This document shows, piece by piece, positions 1 to 9,646 of a DNA stretch of 64,000 bases. The DNA comes from Candidatus Babelota bacterium (GTDB lineage: Bacteria; Babelota; Babeliae; Babelales; Vermiphilaceae), in assembly GCA_049325595.1 (NCBI GenBank), contig JBMOLF010000015.1:32001-96000 (forward strand). Reading direction: 5' to 3'. Position 1 is the stretch's first letter. Each line of letters starts with the position of its first letter. A program made the position numbers and the translations under genes. The notes under the pieces are model-generated. The model ran no database searches, had not been told where the DNA came from, and worked only from the letters and a program-made list of their open reading frames with translations.

Positions 1-323
1 TCAGGGCAGTCTATCGCAGATAAAACGGTAGCGGGTAAATTATTGTTTTCAAAAAGATCTTTAATAAGCAAAGCATTCATCATGGTAGCAAGCATACCAA
101 CTTGATGTGCGACTGAAGGGGATATACCTAAAGTTGCGCCTTGTTGAGATCCACGAAAAAAATTACCCCCTCCTATTACAATACCAAACTGGTGGGTATG
201 CTGCAGGTATTTAATTTGATGAATAAGATTTAATAAAACCGTATTATCAAGTGAGCGAGAAACGGGTGAAAGAAAAACTTCACCCGTTAGCTTTAATAAT
301 ATTTTTTTTGCGGTGCGTTGCAT
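1..323 (-). CDS. pyrH: UMP kinase (5' part; runs off window start)
   Basis: Manual translation from ATG at 323: MQRTAKKILLKLTGE...GIVIGGGNFFRG...HQVGMLATMMNAL; lies directly downstream of tsf. Confidence 0.92.
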   Translation of the reverse strand, partial: MQRTAKKILLKLTGEVFLSPVSRSLDNTVLLNLIHQIKYLQHTHQFGIVIGGGNFFRGSQQGATLGISPSVAHQVGMLATMMNALLIKDLFENNNLPATVLSAIDCP

Positions 324-347
324 GAACCGATCCCTTACGAGTACCGT

Positions 348-944
348 TTATGCGCCTATCTCATAACGTGTAAAACGCTTAATTTGAATTTTCTCACCAG
401 TTTTTGCAATCAATTCTTGGATGATTTGGTCAACGGTAAATTGATCATTTTTAACAAATGGTTGATTGAGTAAACAAATTTCTGAATAAAGTTTTTGTAG
501 TTTACCTTCAAGAATCTTGTCGATGAACTTTTCAGCTTTACCAGATTGAACAAGTTGTTCTTTTAAAATAGAGCGTTCATGTTCTAAGAATTTTTCATCA
601 ACTTCTGAAGGCGAAAGATACAAAGGTTTTAAAGCAGCAATATGCATGCATAAATCAGTAGCAAATTGTTTTAATGCTTCAGTACGTGCAACAAAGTCGG
701 TTTCGCAATTAATTTCTACTAATACACCTACTTGGTTACCTGGATGAATATATGCTTGAACGATTCCTTCAGTAGTTGTTTTTTCTGCGCGTTTAGCAGC
801 AACTAAAGCACCTTTTTTGCGAAGAAGATCAACCGCTTGTTCAAGATTGCCGTCAGTTTCTTCTAACGCTTTTTTGCAATCCATCATACCAAGGCCTGTT
901 CTTTCACGTAATTGTTGAATAAGGGCTATATCTATTTTTGCCAT
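348..944 (-). CDS. tsf: Elongation factor Ts (short, ~200 aa type)
   Basis: LRERTGLGMMDCKKAL and EINCETDFVAR motifs. Confidence 0.97.
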   Translation of the reverse strand: MAKIDIALIQQLRERTGLGMMDCKKALEETDGNLEQAVDLLRKKGALVAAKRAEKTTTEGIVQAYIHPGNQVGVLVEINCETDFVARTEALKQFATDLCMHIAALKPLYLSPSEVDEKFLEHERSILKEQLVQSGKAEKFIDKILEGKLQKLYSEICLLNQPFVKNDQFTVDQIIQELIAKTGEKIQIKRFTRYEIGA

Positions 945-1053
945 AAGGTGCTCCCTGAGGAATATAACAATAAAGGTTTTTATTTGTTAGTGTGCCAAAA
1001 ATCAATTTTTTATCAATAAAGTATACCATAAAAATCGAGTAACCTTATTTCTA

Positions 1054-1416
1054 TTAATTTTCTTGCACCATATTCTCCTGTGCTGACTGCGGTCTTTTAA
1101 ATTCTATAAGTTCATTAAGGCTTTTTTTAATTTCACTTAATTCATTTTTTATCTCTTGTAACAATTGTGTATTATAATCAGTTGCTGGTGCTGGTATTGA
1201 AGGAATCTTTTCATTTTCATTTAAATCATCCTCTTGTTCCTCTTCGTCATCTTCTTCCTGATCTTCAGGTGGCATAGTTGGCTGCAAGTTTTTTTGTGAT
1301 ACTTCCTTATTTGCAGTAGGGCTACTTATATCGGCTGGCAAAGGCATATCTTCATTCATGGTGTATATAAATGATCCTGAAAATAATAACCCTATACAAA
1401 AATAAATATGTTTCAT
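1054..1416 (-). CDS. Hypothetical secreted acidic protein
   Basis: Probable start MKHIY at 1416; signal peptide, D/E-rich middle, short C-terminal coiled coil. Confidence 0.6.
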   Translation of the reverse strand: MKHIYFCIGLLFSGSFIYTMNEDMPLPADISSPTANKEVSQKNLQPTMPPEDQEEDDEEEQEDDLNENEKIPSIPAPATDYNTQLLQEIKNELSEIKKSLNELIEFKRPQSAQENMVQEN

Positions 1417-1429
1417 GTAATTTCCTTTA

Positions 1430-4162
1430 TTATTCAAGTGAAATAATTCCTTGTGATGTTCCTAACAATAATAATCCGGTAGCGCCAATTTGTTTTACCC
1501 AATTAATGGTGCGAGTTGATGTAACTATGGGTGTTATAATGATTGTTTGGTTTGGCGAGCTAATGCGCCAATCAAGTGTATCATAGGGCAATGAAAATAA
1601 AGAATTTCCTTTGCAACACCCATTAGCGGTCGTTACAAATAATCGACGATTTCCATCAGTCCAGAAATAATGTATTGCTGGCAATATGGCAAAGGCAGGG
1701 TTGGTTAATTGTTCTTTGCTAATAAAATAAAGAGGAATAAATTCATAAGGTAACAAGCTTGTTGTACCATTTAATTGATCGATGCTTCCATTTTCAAAGG
1801 TATGAAGTGTAGATTGTGTTTGAATACTAAATGGCCAAATGGTTGTAGACTGAGTGATTGGTAATGAGCTATCAATTCCCGCAATGCCATTAAAAAATGA
1901 CGTATTGTTGGAGATAAATGTCCAACCGGCAGTTGTTTGATTGATTGCAAGTGCAACGCCTCCCGGGGTTGTAGAGCGATATAGCCCCCTATTGGTTGCA
2001 ACTACTAATTGATTTTCTATAAATTGAATGGCAGTAAAAAGTCTTGTTGAGGTTAATGAGCTTGTCATTGTTTGTGCTATAATAACGGGACTTGCAAACA
2101 TAGTGTTAATGTTGGTGGTATAGCTAATGCTATATAGAGTGCTTTTAAATAAATTAATAGCATCAAATTCTCTGGTTAACACATATAATTGGCTTCCATC
2201 ACTTTTCACGTCAATGATTGAACCAGGAATAGTGGTTATTTTATGCCATCGACCATTAAATGGTGGCGCATTTAAAGAACCTAATTGTGAAACTAAAAAT
2301 CCGTTACCATTATTATCGGCAAATGCATACAATCCTTGTTCGGTTCCAGCAAAAAAATAATTAGAAGAACCTTCTGCTAGCAATCTACGAGAATATTCTA
2401 AAGATGTTACCGTTCCTGCCTGTCCTGGTAAATTAGTTATTACATAATTGCTAGGACTAGAATAATCACTCGTGATTATTTGAGGACTATTTACTGTCGT
2501 TGATATTCCTCTGCTTACTAAAGCAAATGCAACAATTTGATGTCCTCCAAACAATGCATAACGTGCGTGGGTATTACCAGAAAATCCTCTGGTTGCCTGA
2601 TCAAGGTCCAAAACTGAACAGCTGCCCGATTTACAGGTATTACCAAAGGTTGTATTTAAGGTATTAAGTAATGAACCGGCAATATTATTGCTGCTGCTCC
2701 ATGAATTAGTGCGAACAATTTGTTGTGTTTGTCCATCGACTGCCCAAATGGTGCTCGTTACCGCATCAACATCAAAAAACGAAATACCGGTGCTTGTATC
2801 TGTGGTTGGCGGAAATGCTCGTTTGGTCCATGGTGTCCATCCGGCAATTTTGCCATCTTGGTCAAATAGTGCTTGTGAATAAAATATGCCGCTATCGCTT
2901 GTCGTTGTTGTTGCTGTTGCAATTGAAATATAGACCGTATCGCCTGATACAACCATATCAAAAATATCGCCATTTGCCGCTAAAGGTACCGTAGTTGCAC
3001 CTACAATTGCAAACGTATCGGTATCATTGGCAAGTTCTCCGGCAGCAGTAGCTGGCTGAGTAAAAGTAAATTGAGGCGATAAGGGACTATTTTTGTTAGC
3101 CAATGTTCCATGAGAAGCGCTATCAAGTGGATTATCAACTAATGGCAACGCCCAAACGGTATTTCCTAATCCTCCTTGAATAATTAAATAGCTTGGGCCG
3201 GTACTGGTGTGCATTATGCCCATTTTTTTTATGGTAATTGGTTGATTTGATTGTTTAGTAACAATAAATTCATTAATGGCGCCCGCAGATATTGCTGAAT
3301 CAGGCGTAATTGGCACTAAGGTAAGAGCGTCATTAAGAGTATTAGTAAACCCAAGAGTTACTGCTTTACCAACTTCTCCTGCATTGACATCGGTACTAAT
3401 ACGAAATCCAAAATATACGCGTTGCAGTTGCTCGTCCCATAGCGTAACTACTTGATTAGTGTTTGACCCGGTTTGAAAAATAACAGGATCAGTTCCAGCT
3501 CCGCGTAATTCAACACTCGTTGCATTAAGAGGCAAAGCTAAATTACCAATAGATCCGGTAGTTGCATCAAGAACAGATATAGTGGGTGGCGGCATAGGAA
3601 CAGTATTACTAGTAGAAGGTGTTAATGAAGCAAGCGCTATTCCGCTACCAGTGGCACCAAAATTTCCTCCATTAGGACGTACGGGCGCAAATACAAAAGA
3701 ATCGCTTGCTGCAAGTCCTACTATGCCTGCTGTAAGATTGCCATTTGCGTCATTAAGGGTACCAGAGTTGTTTAATGTTCCGGCACTATTGGCAACGTTA
3801 AAATTTGTTTGACTGAAAGGATTAGTATTCAGCGTTGAAAAAACTAAATTAGGTTGTGTATTGCCAATAAAAGTAGAAAGGGTCAAAAATTCAATAGTAG
3901 CACCAGATACGTTGGTTCCTATTGCTGTTGCAACTGGTGTGGTTGATCCATTAAACCGAGCAATTTTATTAAGAGAAAAAGCAGCTCCTCCAGCTAACCC
4001 AAGAAATAAAGTTCCTGTGGCATGATCGTAGACTTTAGTAGTAACGGGGACAGTAAAAGTAAAAGAACTAGAAGTTCCTGCATTGCCAATGACAGTTATG
4101 GTTGCTAATGCTGGGGATGATATGAACAAAAGAGCGATTAATATATAACGTACACACTTCAT
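1430..4162 (-). CDS. Large secreted Thr/Ser/Gly-rich protein, probable beta-propeller/surface protein
   Basis: 910 aa ORF; signal peptide ending ALA; repeated short beta-strand motifs such as LVVATNRGLY, FAGTEQGLY, LLGTSQGII. Confidence 0.65.
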   Translation of the reverse strand: MKCVRYILIALLFISSPALATITVIGNAGTSSSFTFTVPVTTKVYDHATGTLFLGLAGGAAFSLNKIARFNGSTTPVATAIGTNVSGATIEFLTLSTFIGNTQPNLVFSTLNTNPFSQTNFNVANSAGTLNNSGTLNDANGNLTAGIVGLAASDSFVFAPVRPNGGNFGATGSGIALASLTPSTSNTVPMPPPTISVLDATTGSIGNLALPLNATSVELRGAGTDPVIFQTGSNTNQVVTLWDEQLQRVYFGFRISTDVNAGEVGKAVTLGFTNTLNDALTLVPITPDSAISAGAINEFIVTKQSNQPITIKKMGIMHTSTGPSYLIIQGGLGNTVWALPLVDNPLDSASHGTLANKNSPLSPQFTFTQPATAAGELANDTDTFAIVGATTVPLAANGDIFDMVVSGDTVYISIATATTTTSDSGIFYSQALFDQDGKIAGWTPWTKRAFPPTTDTSTGISFFDVDAVTSTIWAVDGQTQQIVRTNSWSSSNNIAGSLLNTLNTTFGNTCKSGSCSVLDLDQATRGFSGNTHARYALFGGHQIVAFALVSRGISTTVNSPQIITSDYSSPSNYVITNLPGQAGTVTSLEYSRRLLAEGSSNYFFAGTEQGLYAFADNNGNGFLVSQLGSLNAPPFNGRWHKITTIPGSIIDVKSDGSQLYVLTREFDAINLFKSTLYSISYTTNINTMFASPVIIAQTMTSSLTSTRLFTAIQFIENQLVVATNRGLYRSTTPGGVALAINQTTAGWTFISNNTSFFNGIAGIDSSLPITQSTTIWPFSIQTQSTLHTFENGSIDQLNGTTSLLPYEFIPLYFISKEQLTNPAFAILPAIHYFWTDGNRRLFVTTANGCCKGNSLFSLPYDTLDWRISSPNQTIIITPIVTSTRTINWVKQIGATGLLLLGTSQGIISLE

Positions 4163-4175
4163 TACAAGTTCCTTA

Positions 4176-5489
4176 TTAGAAAGTCCAGCTGAATTCTATA
4201 CCAAAATTGCCACCATATAAATTTGTTGCAAATACTCGTTTACCTCCTAATTGTTTTTGAATGAAGGCGCCAAGTCGTGGACCTACGCAATGTGAAGGTT
4301 TGGTAAAATCATATTCCACCATAAAATGAAGTGTGTGCATATTCCAACCAAAAAACTGTTGATCGGTAGCGACTGTACAGGTTGAAAAGAACGCGTTATT
4401 TAATGAACAGGGTGAAAAATGATTATTGCTAGGAGTAACTTGATCAGCATTTTTATTAACAAAGGTATAACCAAATAAGAAGGAAAGTCCTTTTATTACA
4501 TGATCAGCTTTTACATATGCCGATGCTTGCCAAATCGGTCCAGGATTTATGCAGGCGCATCCGGTTGCTAATTTGATAAATCCGTTTTGGCAAGCATCTG
4601 TTTTTAATGCAATATCACGTTTTGTTGGGGCAAAAGGTAATACTCCTAAAAAAGTTCCTAAGGTAAGCCAATCATAGACACCAACGGCAAAACTAATACT
4701 CATTGGTATTCCCCATTGACCATTATAACCCAGAGGTATATCAAATACCCGTTCAGGTTTAGTTTTTGCAGAAGTTGGTATTAATAATCCTACACGTAAA
4801 CTTAAATCAATAAAGTCTAATTCTTCAGTTTCTTCATAGTTTAATCCCCAACCAGCAATAATGACCAAATCCCCAACTCCTTTTTTGCTAAAGCCGCTAA
4901 TAGATCGGTGATATTGCTTGAATAGAGGACATAAATTAGCAAGTAAGGTTTGCCAAATCGGACTTGCTTGATTTACGCAACATGAATCAGATGATGAAAT
5001 ATCGCAATAGGTTACATCAGATATTTTTATCCATCGTATTGGTAAATGTACTTGAGAAAAAAAACCACAAATATAATTTTGGGTCCATGTGAGGGCACTG
5101 TCAAAAATACTAAATCGACCATCAAATAATAAACATCCAAAGTTGCATGAACGGGGTAATAAGGCTAATTGAGTAAGAGTAATATCAAAAGGATCGCTTA
5201 AATCTTTTAGTGGTAATCCTGCTCCTAGTAATTGCATGTTTTGAGGACCATGAATGCTAAGCAGTGGCACCAAGCACCCCTCTCCATTACGCGCCTTAGA
5301 CGTAGCGCCTCCCGAAACGACAATGTCAAGTGAACTTAGTCCATTTTTAACAATTCGTGGTTCTTGTAAGGCAGGAAAAAACTGTGTAGCAGCATAAAAT
5401 TGGGGGTTATCCATACCAACTAAGGTATAGGGGACATTAAAGAGATAAAAAAATAAGAAAATTTTTTTTATATATATCTTCATCTGCAT
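4176..5489 (-). CDS. Cys-containing outer-membrane beta-barrel-like protein, distant paralog of the 34119-41953 family
   Basis: Signal peptide; GVGDL..AGWG, LLIPTS and PLGYNGQWG motifs; alternating C-terminal strand ending in F (GIEFSWTF). Confidence 0.65.
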   Translation of the reverse strand: MQMKIYIKKIFLFFYLFNVPYTLVGMDNPQFYAATQFFPALQEPRIVKNGLSSLDIVVSGGATSKARNGEGCLVPLLSIHGPQNMQLLGAGLPLKDLSDPFDITLTQLALLPRSCNFGCLLFDGRFSIFDSALTWTQNYICGFFSQVHLPIRWIKISDVTYCDISSSDSCCVNQASPIWQTLLANLCPLFKQYHRSISGFSKKGVGDLVIIAGWGLNYEETEELDFIDLSLRVGLLIPTSAKTKPERVFDIPLGYNGQWGIPMSISFAVGVYDWLTLGTFLGVLPFAPTKRDIALKTDACQNGFIKLATGCACINPGPIWQASAYVKADHVIKGLSFLFGYTFVNKNADQVTPSNNHFSPCSLNNAFFSTCTVATDQQFFGWNMHTLHFMVEYDFTKPSHCVGPRLGAFIQKQLGGKRVFATNLYGGNFGIEFSWTF

Positions 5490-5636
5490 GCATCCTTTTT
5501 TTGACCGTGCTCAAACTTGAATTATTGTATCTTCCTACTTATAGAAAAAATAGATCAAAAAGAAAAGACCATAGATCGCGCTCCTGACTTTTTTTGATAT
5601 ACTAAATAGGAAAGACTATATCTTAGGGAGACATTT

Positions 5637-6146
5637 ATGCATCAAAATGATACACCTGACATCAATAATGCAGGGGCTGACCACAGCCAAACAGATCAAG
5701 CATTAACTCAATGCCAACAAGAATTAGAAGAGTGGAAAGTACGCGCTTTACGAGTAACTGCTGATTTTGATAATTATCAAAAGAGAATCGAAAAAGAAAA
5801 ATCATCATGGATGCATGTTGCTCAATCAAATGTGTTTCTTGATTTATTATTAATAATTGATGATTTTGATCGCGCTCTTGATCAATTGTCAAAAGAGCAA
5901 AATCCTGATACGCAAAAACAACGTGCTGGTCTTGAACTTATTCACAAGAATTTGTATAAGATGCTTGAAAAATATGGCGTAAAAGAAATTGAGCAAACAA
6001 AAGTATTTGATCCTGAATTACATGAAGGGTTAGTGCAAGTAGAATCAGCCGAGCACCAGCCAGGAGAGATTGTTGTTATTTTGCAAAAGGGTTATACCTT
6101 TAAAAATAATGTGTTACGTCCAGCAAAAGTTAGTGTCGCTAAGTAA
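5637..6146 (+). CDS. grpE: Nucleotide exchange factor GrpE
   Basis: ADFDNYQKR, FDPELHEG and QKGY...LRPAKVSV motifs. Confidence 0.96.
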   Translation: MHQNDTPDINNAGADHSQTDQALTQCQQELEEWKVRALRVTADFDNYQKRIEKEKSSWMHVAQSNVFLDLLLIIDDFDRALDQLSKEQNPDTQKQRAGLELIHKNLYKMLEKYGVKEIEQTKVFDPELHEGLVQVESAEHQPGEIVVILQKGYTFKNNVLRPAKVSVAK

Positions 6147-6170
6147 TTAAAAAAGCTTAATGGGGGTTAT

Positions 6171-6824
6171 ATGAAAAAAATTTTATTAGTGGCATATATT
6201 AGTGCAAGTACCTTTGCTACAGAAATCCCACATTTGAAAGATGTTGAACACACGCATCATTCTCGCCCCTATTTTTCTCCATATTTTCATATGAAATGGG
6301 TAGGTAAATTTCCTGTTGGGGTATCGCTTGGGCTTTATCAAAATGTTGATAGTAATAATTGGCAAAAAATAGCTAATAGTGTTGTTGCTGGTTTTGTTCC
6401 TTCCAAGGAATCGCTCATTAAACCATTTATAGATGAACAATGCGAAAAAATAATTGCCTCTAAACCATTTGAATATAACGTGCTGGGACTTTCAGTATCG
6501 AATAAAAAAATTGCACATGGTGCAAGTGCATTGACGGTTGCTCTCATGTCAATTTGGCTTAAAACATTACAGGGCAAAAATTTTGTTGATGCTAGTTGGC
6601 GTTATGCTACCAAAGAAATTAAAAGAAAGATGGTTGCCTTAACTTATAAAAAACTTGTCAGTTTGGCTGATCGGATAGCTCAAAAAAAAGGGCATACAAA
6701 ATGTGATTGGTACCCAGACTTTGTAACCCAAGACCAAACGCTTCATCATTCTGTTAAAACATTATGGCATTTAACAGCAAAAATAGCGATTTCAATAGCA
6801 ATAAGCCAACTACTAAGCATCTAA
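6171..6824 (+). CDS. Hypothetical secreted protein
   Basis: 217 aa ORF with MKK-type signal peptide and upstream GGGGG SD-like site. Confidence 0.6.
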   Translation: MKKILLVAYISASTFATEIPHLKDVEHTHHSRPYFSPYFHMKWVGKFPVGVSLGLYQNVDSNNWQKIANSVVAGFVPSKESLIKPFIDEQCEKIIASKPFEYNVLGLSVSNKKIAHGASALTVALMSIWLKTLQGKNFVDASWRYATKEIKRKMVALTYKKLVSLADRIAQKKGHTKCDWYPDFVTQDQTLHHSVKTLWHLTAKIAISIAISQLLSI

Positions 6825-6827
6825 TTA

Positions 6828-7901
6828 TTATCTAAAAAGTGCAATAATTAATTCTAAAAAGATTAATAAAATAATTGAGACGGTAAGCATATCTTCTCGG
6901 ATAGCATCTATTTTTTGTTGTAGTACTGAAAGTACATCATTTAAAATACCCAGTTTTTTATCGATAGATTCTTTAAGGTTTTTTAAATCGCGTTTTTCTA
7001 TTAATAAAGCGTATAATTCAGAATAAAATGGTTCGCCAGCAATTTTAATACTGCCTTCTAATCGCTCAGTAATCACCGAAATATCAACTTTAAGTTTGCT
7101 TAATTCATCTATAGGGCCCTTAGCGAGTGTACCAAGCACCGGTAAATAACCGCTTATCGGAACTTTTCGTACTTTGCCTTCATAGAAATTATTGAGTTGT
7201 TGGTCTAGTACCCGATCAAAATAGCGCAATTCTAAATGCTGAATATTAGCAAACTCAAAAAAGTCGAGTGTTTCTTCGTATTCATCATCATAAATGCAGG
7301 CAGCTTCAGTATCGATTACGATCAAATCACCTCTAAAATAACCAAAAGCAGAAGCTAAAATTTCATTTTTTTGATATTCAGATAATGTTTGGGTCTCAAA
7401 ACGCAATGTTGAAGCAATCACACTACCGTAATTATCTTTAAGTGTAACCGTATCTAACTTAGGATCAGGATATAATTGAATTACAACATAAGAAGATCGC
7501 GTATGAAAAAAGTTTGATTTGGTAATATATTTTTTAGATTTTTTAAATATCACTTCAGCATCAATAATTCCCTGTAGTTCATATTCATTATCAAGAGCTT
7601 CCAGGTTTTTACGAATATTATCAAGTGTGTCGTAAAATGGAATTTTATAAGTAAGTGAAATAGCGCCAAAATTATGAATTTTTGCTGAAATATATTTTTG
7701 TTGTTCGGGTAATTCAATAGCAAGTGGCGTATGATAATTTTTAAAATATTTAGATAATAAAACAATTTTAGGAATGATATCACCTGAGAGCTTTAATTTC
7801 TCTAAATTAATATCATCACCAACATCAAATGCTTGGAAAATAAAAATATTGCCACGAAACAGCTTTTCGCTTATTAGACTATCAGAATTAGGTGCAGACA
7901 T
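6828..7901 (-). CDS. Conserved hypothetical protein with C-terminal TM helix (RMD1/DUF155-like, tentative)
   Basis: FDVGDDINL and LELRYFDRVLD motifs; C-terminal IILLIFLELII helix. Confidence 0.5.
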   Translation of the reverse strand: MSAPNSDSLISEKLFRGNIFIFQAFDVGDDINLEKLKLSGDIIPKIVLLSKYFKNYHTPLAIELPEQQKYISAKIHNFGAISLTYKIPFYDTLDNIRKNLEALDNEYELQGIIDAEVIFKKSKKYITKSNFFHTRSSYVVIQLYPDPKLDTVTLKDNYGSVIASTLRFETQTLSEYQKNEILASAFGYFRGDLIVIDTEAACIYDDEYEETLDFFEFANIQHLELRYFDRVLDQQLNNFYEGKVRKVPISGYLPVLGTLAKGPIDELSKLKVDISVITERLEGSIKIAGEPFYSELYALLIEKRDLKNLKESIDKKLGILNDVLSVLQQKIDAIREDMLTVSIILLIFLELIIALFR

Positions 7902-7984
7902 GAATGCTCCTTGAGCAGTTTAAGACTATGCATACCTCTAGTTTACCAAAAAGCAGGATCATTCAGCAAATGATCCTCATAATT

Positions 7985-8704
7985 TTACTCTGGTAGGGTG
8001 GTATAATCAGTGATTGAACTTGTTAGCCCGGTAAATTCACCTGATCCATAGGGAGTATTTTGCGGTTGATGGAATGTAGTATGTTTTTGTATTATTTTGG
8101 TTGATTCATTTAAATAACAGACAAGTGTCGTTACCTTTTTTTCTTGTTTTTGAAACTCAGATTTTAAGTTCTGAATAGTTTCATAATCGGGTTCAGCTAA
8201 CTGTTTGATTCCCTTACGCACCAGATAAAAACCTGAGAGTATACCGCTTGTTTGTATGCCGGCTTTTATAGTACGAAGTTCAATCTGATTAGGTAATACT
8301 TTGCTAGCAAACATAATTCCTATTGGTGTAATTATTCCCACAGTTATTTTTTTCAAAGCTGCGATAGTTTTATATTTCTTAGAAAGAGGAGTGGGAGTTT
8401 GACTTTCTATTTCAGTGATAATATTTTGCTGTGCAGTGAGCTTATCTTTTTCTTGGTGATATAACTCTTTTAAATTATTATAATTTTGCACTTGAGCGCA
8501 ATGTTCTTCAAATGTGCTTACTATTCTAAAATCATATAAACGCTGTAAATCTCCCCATACACCCTGATCTATATCGGGAAAATTACTCGATGCTAGTAAG
8601 CTGCTTTTGCTTAAATCAGGCAATTGGCTTGCCAATGGGTTTTCTGAAGCTTGATTGACGCTATAAATACACAATAATGCAAAACTATATATAACTTTTA
8701 TCAT
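7985..8704 (-). CDS. Hypothetical secreted protein with two hydrophobic helices and coiled coils
   Basis: 239 aa ORF; signal peptide; start overlaps the stop of the upstream gene. Confidence 0.55.
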   Translation of the reverse strand: MIKVIYSFALLCIYSVNQASENPLASQLPDLSKSSLLASSNFPDIDQGVWGDLQRLYDFRIVSTFEEHCAQVQNYNNLKELYHQEKDKLTAQQNIITEIESQTPTPLSKKYKTIAALKKITVGIITPIGIMFASKVLPNQIELRTIKAGIQTSGILSGFYLVRKGIKQLAEPDYETIQNLKSEFQKQEKKVTTLVCYLNESTKIIQKHTTFHQPQNTPYGSGEFTGLTSSITDYTTLPE

Positions 8705-9540
8705 AAATGAGTACCTTCTTCTTCATCTTGTGGTTCTGCATGACGAGGGATTAAGGGCGATTCTTTTTGTGAGCCATTACTTTTTAACAATTTTTTTTCA
8801 TTTAATTGTGCTGAGTAAGTGATCAATTGGTTGTGTATCTTCTTGAGATGATTGACATGCAATTCAGTTTCTTGCAGATGAGCATTTATTTCTTTGTTAT
8901 AACATACACATTCTCCCAATGCGTTGCCAGCTAGGTATATGCAATAAGAACCTCCTACGCAAAGAGCCAAAGAAGTGGTCAAATTTTTTAGCTGTTTTTC
9001 TTGTATTGCGTATTTTGCAGTAAATCCACCAATTAAATAGCTGGCGCAACCTAATGTAAAACGAGCGATTGCCTGAGACCATTTTTTTATTATAAAAATA
9101 AGGACAGCAAATGGTTGTGATTTTTCGCGGAGCCATTTCTTTTTGTATTCTAATTTTGTCTGATAAGTGTTAATTTTTTTTGTTAAATATTGGCAATAAT
9201 CAAAACGCCACGAGTCAAGTGTCGGATTTCCAGACTCAGAATATAATACTAATGTTGGATTAAAAATATTGGTAAATGCATTACTGTTTTGTGGGGGCTC
9301 ATCGGGGAGAGCTGTCGTGCATTCACTTGCTTTTAAATAGTAGCTCTTTATTGCCTCAAAGTTTTCTTTTAAATCTTTTTCGTCTAAAAGCAGCCGCATA
9401 TGCAATTTGTACTCAAGATTGTCAATGTTTTTTTTACATTCATATTTGGTCGCTAATTGTTCACTGCAGCTGATTAAGCTGGTGATAACAACTACCATAG
9501 CTAGGTTTAGTAATAGAGATAATTTCATATGCCAACTCAC
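8701..9540 (-). CDS. Hypothetical secreted protein with two hydrophobic helices and coiled coils
   Basis: 279 aa ORF with similar architecture to 7985-8704. Confidence 0.55.
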   Translation of the reverse strand: MSWHMKLSLLLNLAMVVVITSLISCSEQLATKYECKKNIDNLEYKLHMRLLLDEKDLKENFEAIKSYYLKASECTTALPDEPPQNSNAFTNIFNPTLVLYSESGNPTLDSWRFDYCQYLTKKINTYQTKLEYKKKWLREKSQPFAVLIFIIKKWSQAIARFTLGCASYLIGGFTAKYAIQEKQLKNLTTSLALCVGGSYCIYLAGNALGECVCYNKEINAHLQETELHVNHLKKIHNQLITYSAQLNEKKLLKSNGSQKESPLIPRHAEPQDEEEGTHL

Positions 9541-9573
9541 CAGTTATTTTTTTGGTTAGTGTGGCATGATTGC

Positions 9574-9616
9574 AAAAAAAATTGCAATAGTCTTAGCGAA
9601 TAAGAGCTATTGCAAT
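9574..9616 (-). terminator. Probable intrinsic terminator of lepA
   Basis: ATTGCAATAG..TCTTA/TAAGA..CTATTGCAAT hairpin with an adjacent A tract (U tract on minus strand). Confidence 0.6.
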
Positions 9617-9646
9617 ACAATCTTTTAGGTGTCGAAAAATTATGTG

